Below are positions 61,974-64,000 of a stretch of DNA of 64,000 bases, piece after piece (position 1 is the first letter of the stretch; each line of letters begins with the position of its first letter). The position numbers were made by a program, and so were the translations under genes. This DNA comes from Podarcis cretensis. Its lineage: Eukaryota. The DNA is taken from contig OX638149.1 in NCBI GenBank assembly GCA_951804945.1, forward strand, positions 139,438,001 through 139,502,000, read 5' to 3'. The notes under the pieces were generated by a model. That model was not told the DNA's origin and ran no database searches. It saw only the letters and a program-made list of their open reading frames with translations.

Positions 61974-62879
61974 ATCTATTTGATTACAAATTCTGAAAAA
62001 CAACATTGGCAACAGCATAGCAAAAGAATTCATATTGGGGTTGCCTTGGAGTTTCAGAAATACCCAGAATGGGCAACAAATTCTGGGGTCTACCCCCATG
62101 ACTCTGAGGGAGGACTTTTGGGAGCCTCACAAAAATGCACACAGGAATGAGGAAGAGACCACTTAACCAAAAATCTATGGCTCAGGCTACTAAAGAATAG
62201 AACATGCATGAAAAACAACAACCCAACTTTCATTCAGTTTCCTAATCTGTGTCTCCAAGAAGTGCTGGCACCCAAATTAATTACGGTAGAACAGAGGGAA
62301 GGCCTGCATTTTTCACTTGCCTTTTCCTGCCAACTTGTTGGCATCGTCAAAAGGCTGCCTGCCTTTCTCCTTCTGGCTTCCTTTTTAAATTTAATGTTAT
62401 CTCTTGCTTTCAGTGTTGTTGTAAATTAAAATTAGTTGTTAACTTTAGGATGATGAGGTCATTATAATGCAACTCTTTTGTATATTGATTACATTTGAGC
62501 TTCATTTGTTTAATGCGTCATAGGGTTTAATAGGTCTTTCCAAACATCCCTCTCTCAGTGTAGGAGGTGGGGGAACAGAGAGTGGCAAAATAGATGGAAA
62601 GCAGATGCTCAGTTTAATTTGAAACAGTCGACTGAAATGGACTGAGCCACAGGCAGTTTACACTATCTGTGGAGGACCTGTCCCGTGAGAGCAAAAGACA
62701 AAAATGACGACTGGGAGAAAGGTATGAGCAGCGCAGACTTAACAAATCAGAAAGAGAAGAGCAGCTATTAAGGCCAAATTGGACGTTCCCCTCATCCCTG
62801 TCAACAGTGTTACCAACCGCATAAAAGATGAAACTCTGGCATGGGGTGGTGAAGGGGAAGAGGAAACATGGTTCCTCTA

Positions 62880-63320
62880 GGGCCGCCTTCCCCAGCCTGG
62901 TTCTTTGTGCATTGTTTTGGGTTACAGGGAGCCTCCGAAGATCGTGCGAAGCAGCTCTTCCTCCGGCGAGGAGGGAAGCCCCGCCTCCAGTGGGGAAGGG
63001 ATACAGGGATAAGAAGATGCTAGAGAGAGCCGCAACACGGAGCCTGAGCAAAGCGGGGGGGGGGGGGAGGCAAGTCCCCCTTTGCCAACACCCTCTCTCC
63101 GCAGTCGGTTTGCGCGCAGAGAGGGGAGGAGAAGGATGGGGGTCAAAAGACTGTTTTGCTGGGGAAGGTTTAAGGACCGCCCACTCCCAGATTCTGCTAG
63201 CGACTGAGCAGACACGGACTTGAGATGCTCTGCACTGTAAATGTTTTTGGACAGATACTAAAGCCTGGAAAAGACCGGTGGGAGTCTTGCCTGTTTGCTC
63301 TCGAGCAACCATGCCGGCAC
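62880..63320. promoter_or_regulatory. CpG-enriched non-repetitive segment; candidate promoter or first exon
   Basis: Local CpG cluster with GC-box-like motifs (ccccgcct, ccgccc) and no TIR or TSD. gcaaccATG at 63311. Confidence 0.3.
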
Positions 63321-64000
63321 ATAACAGTTATGTTTCAATTTGTGTATTGGTTCAAAAAGGGTGAACTGGGTAGTTAGCCACTAAAATGCCAAGGAAACTG
63401 AATTTCTCCAGTATCCCTATGAATTAGTACCCCAGTCTACAGATTCTCAGCAGGAGGAAGCAAGACAAACTTGAGTATGATCATCTCTATACACTTATCT
63501 CTGACTGATGGTTTTTTCTGTTTATGTCCTGCTTTCAAGGCCTAGGCCCTCACAAAGCAGCTCATAACAATGCAATAAAAATATGTTTAGAACAATAACA
63601 ACTCAATTTTGTGTAATAATGATCATCAGGTAGAGCAAGTTCCTCAAAAAATCTTGAGGGGGGAAATAATACGAAGGGATTCCCTAACTCTACAGGTCCA
63701 ACCAAGTATTTTTGCTAATCATATTTGAAAATCTGGTGAATTTTGAGATGATTGTATACCCAAACAACACAAGCTTCTTTTATATATTCAGATAGTGGGG
63801 CAGGATATTTCATATAAATTTGTAAACGTTCCGTTGAGTCTGAATTTCAGTATGGTGCTCCATGTTTGTGAGCCATCTCTTTCATTAATACCAGATTTTG
63901 ATGCAGTGGGTTTAAGCAAACCTCATATTAATGCAATAAAATGAGAATTGTTGCTAATCACTAGACTTCCTTGCAAATCCCACCTTTGTTGCAGTGCAAA

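Noticed and set aside
62614-63312. 232-aa minus-strand ORF
   Set aside because: It runs through a GC-rich block and a G-run, has no recognisable domain, and appears to be a by-product of low stop-codon density.
1-64000. CRISPR arrays, rRNA, prokaryotic operons, known conserved miRNAs
   Set aside because: This is eukaryotic repeat-rich DNA with no regularly spaced repeat-spacer array. Partial seed-like matches to miRNAs I recall did not extend, though an unrecognised miRNA or small exon cannot be excluded by eye.

Overview
This is vertebrate genomic DNA from a squamate, most likely a lacertid lizard; that is inferred from the Sauria SINE, BovB, CR1 and L2 content. I found no recognisable host protein-coding exon, so the window looks like a large intron or intergenic region with many layered transposable elements. 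These include three BovB LINE copies, a nearly intact young CR1 ORF2 plus older CR1s, an RTE-X-like fragment, L2 remnants, five Sauria SINEs, tRNA-Lys and tRNA-Ala SINEs, a solo ERV-like LTR, six Tc1/mariner-type MITEs with TA target-site duplications (TSDs), many hAT-type elements with 8-bp TSDs, Penelope-like terminal remnants and microsatellites. Four things stand out. (1) A complete 2,038-bp TSD-flanked element with L1-like ends, no reverse transcriptase and one intact 211-aa orphan ORF (26341-28378). (2) A ~230-bp direct-repeat-bounded unit with a near-canonical type I hammerhead ribozyme fold (35590-35836), resembling a retrozyme or Penelope repeat. (3) A decayed HDV-like ribozyme topology in an RTE-type 5' remnant (17935-18065). 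(4) Premature stop codons shared between independently inserted BovB copies, and between CR1 copies. All family assignments come from visual pattern recognition; no database search was run.
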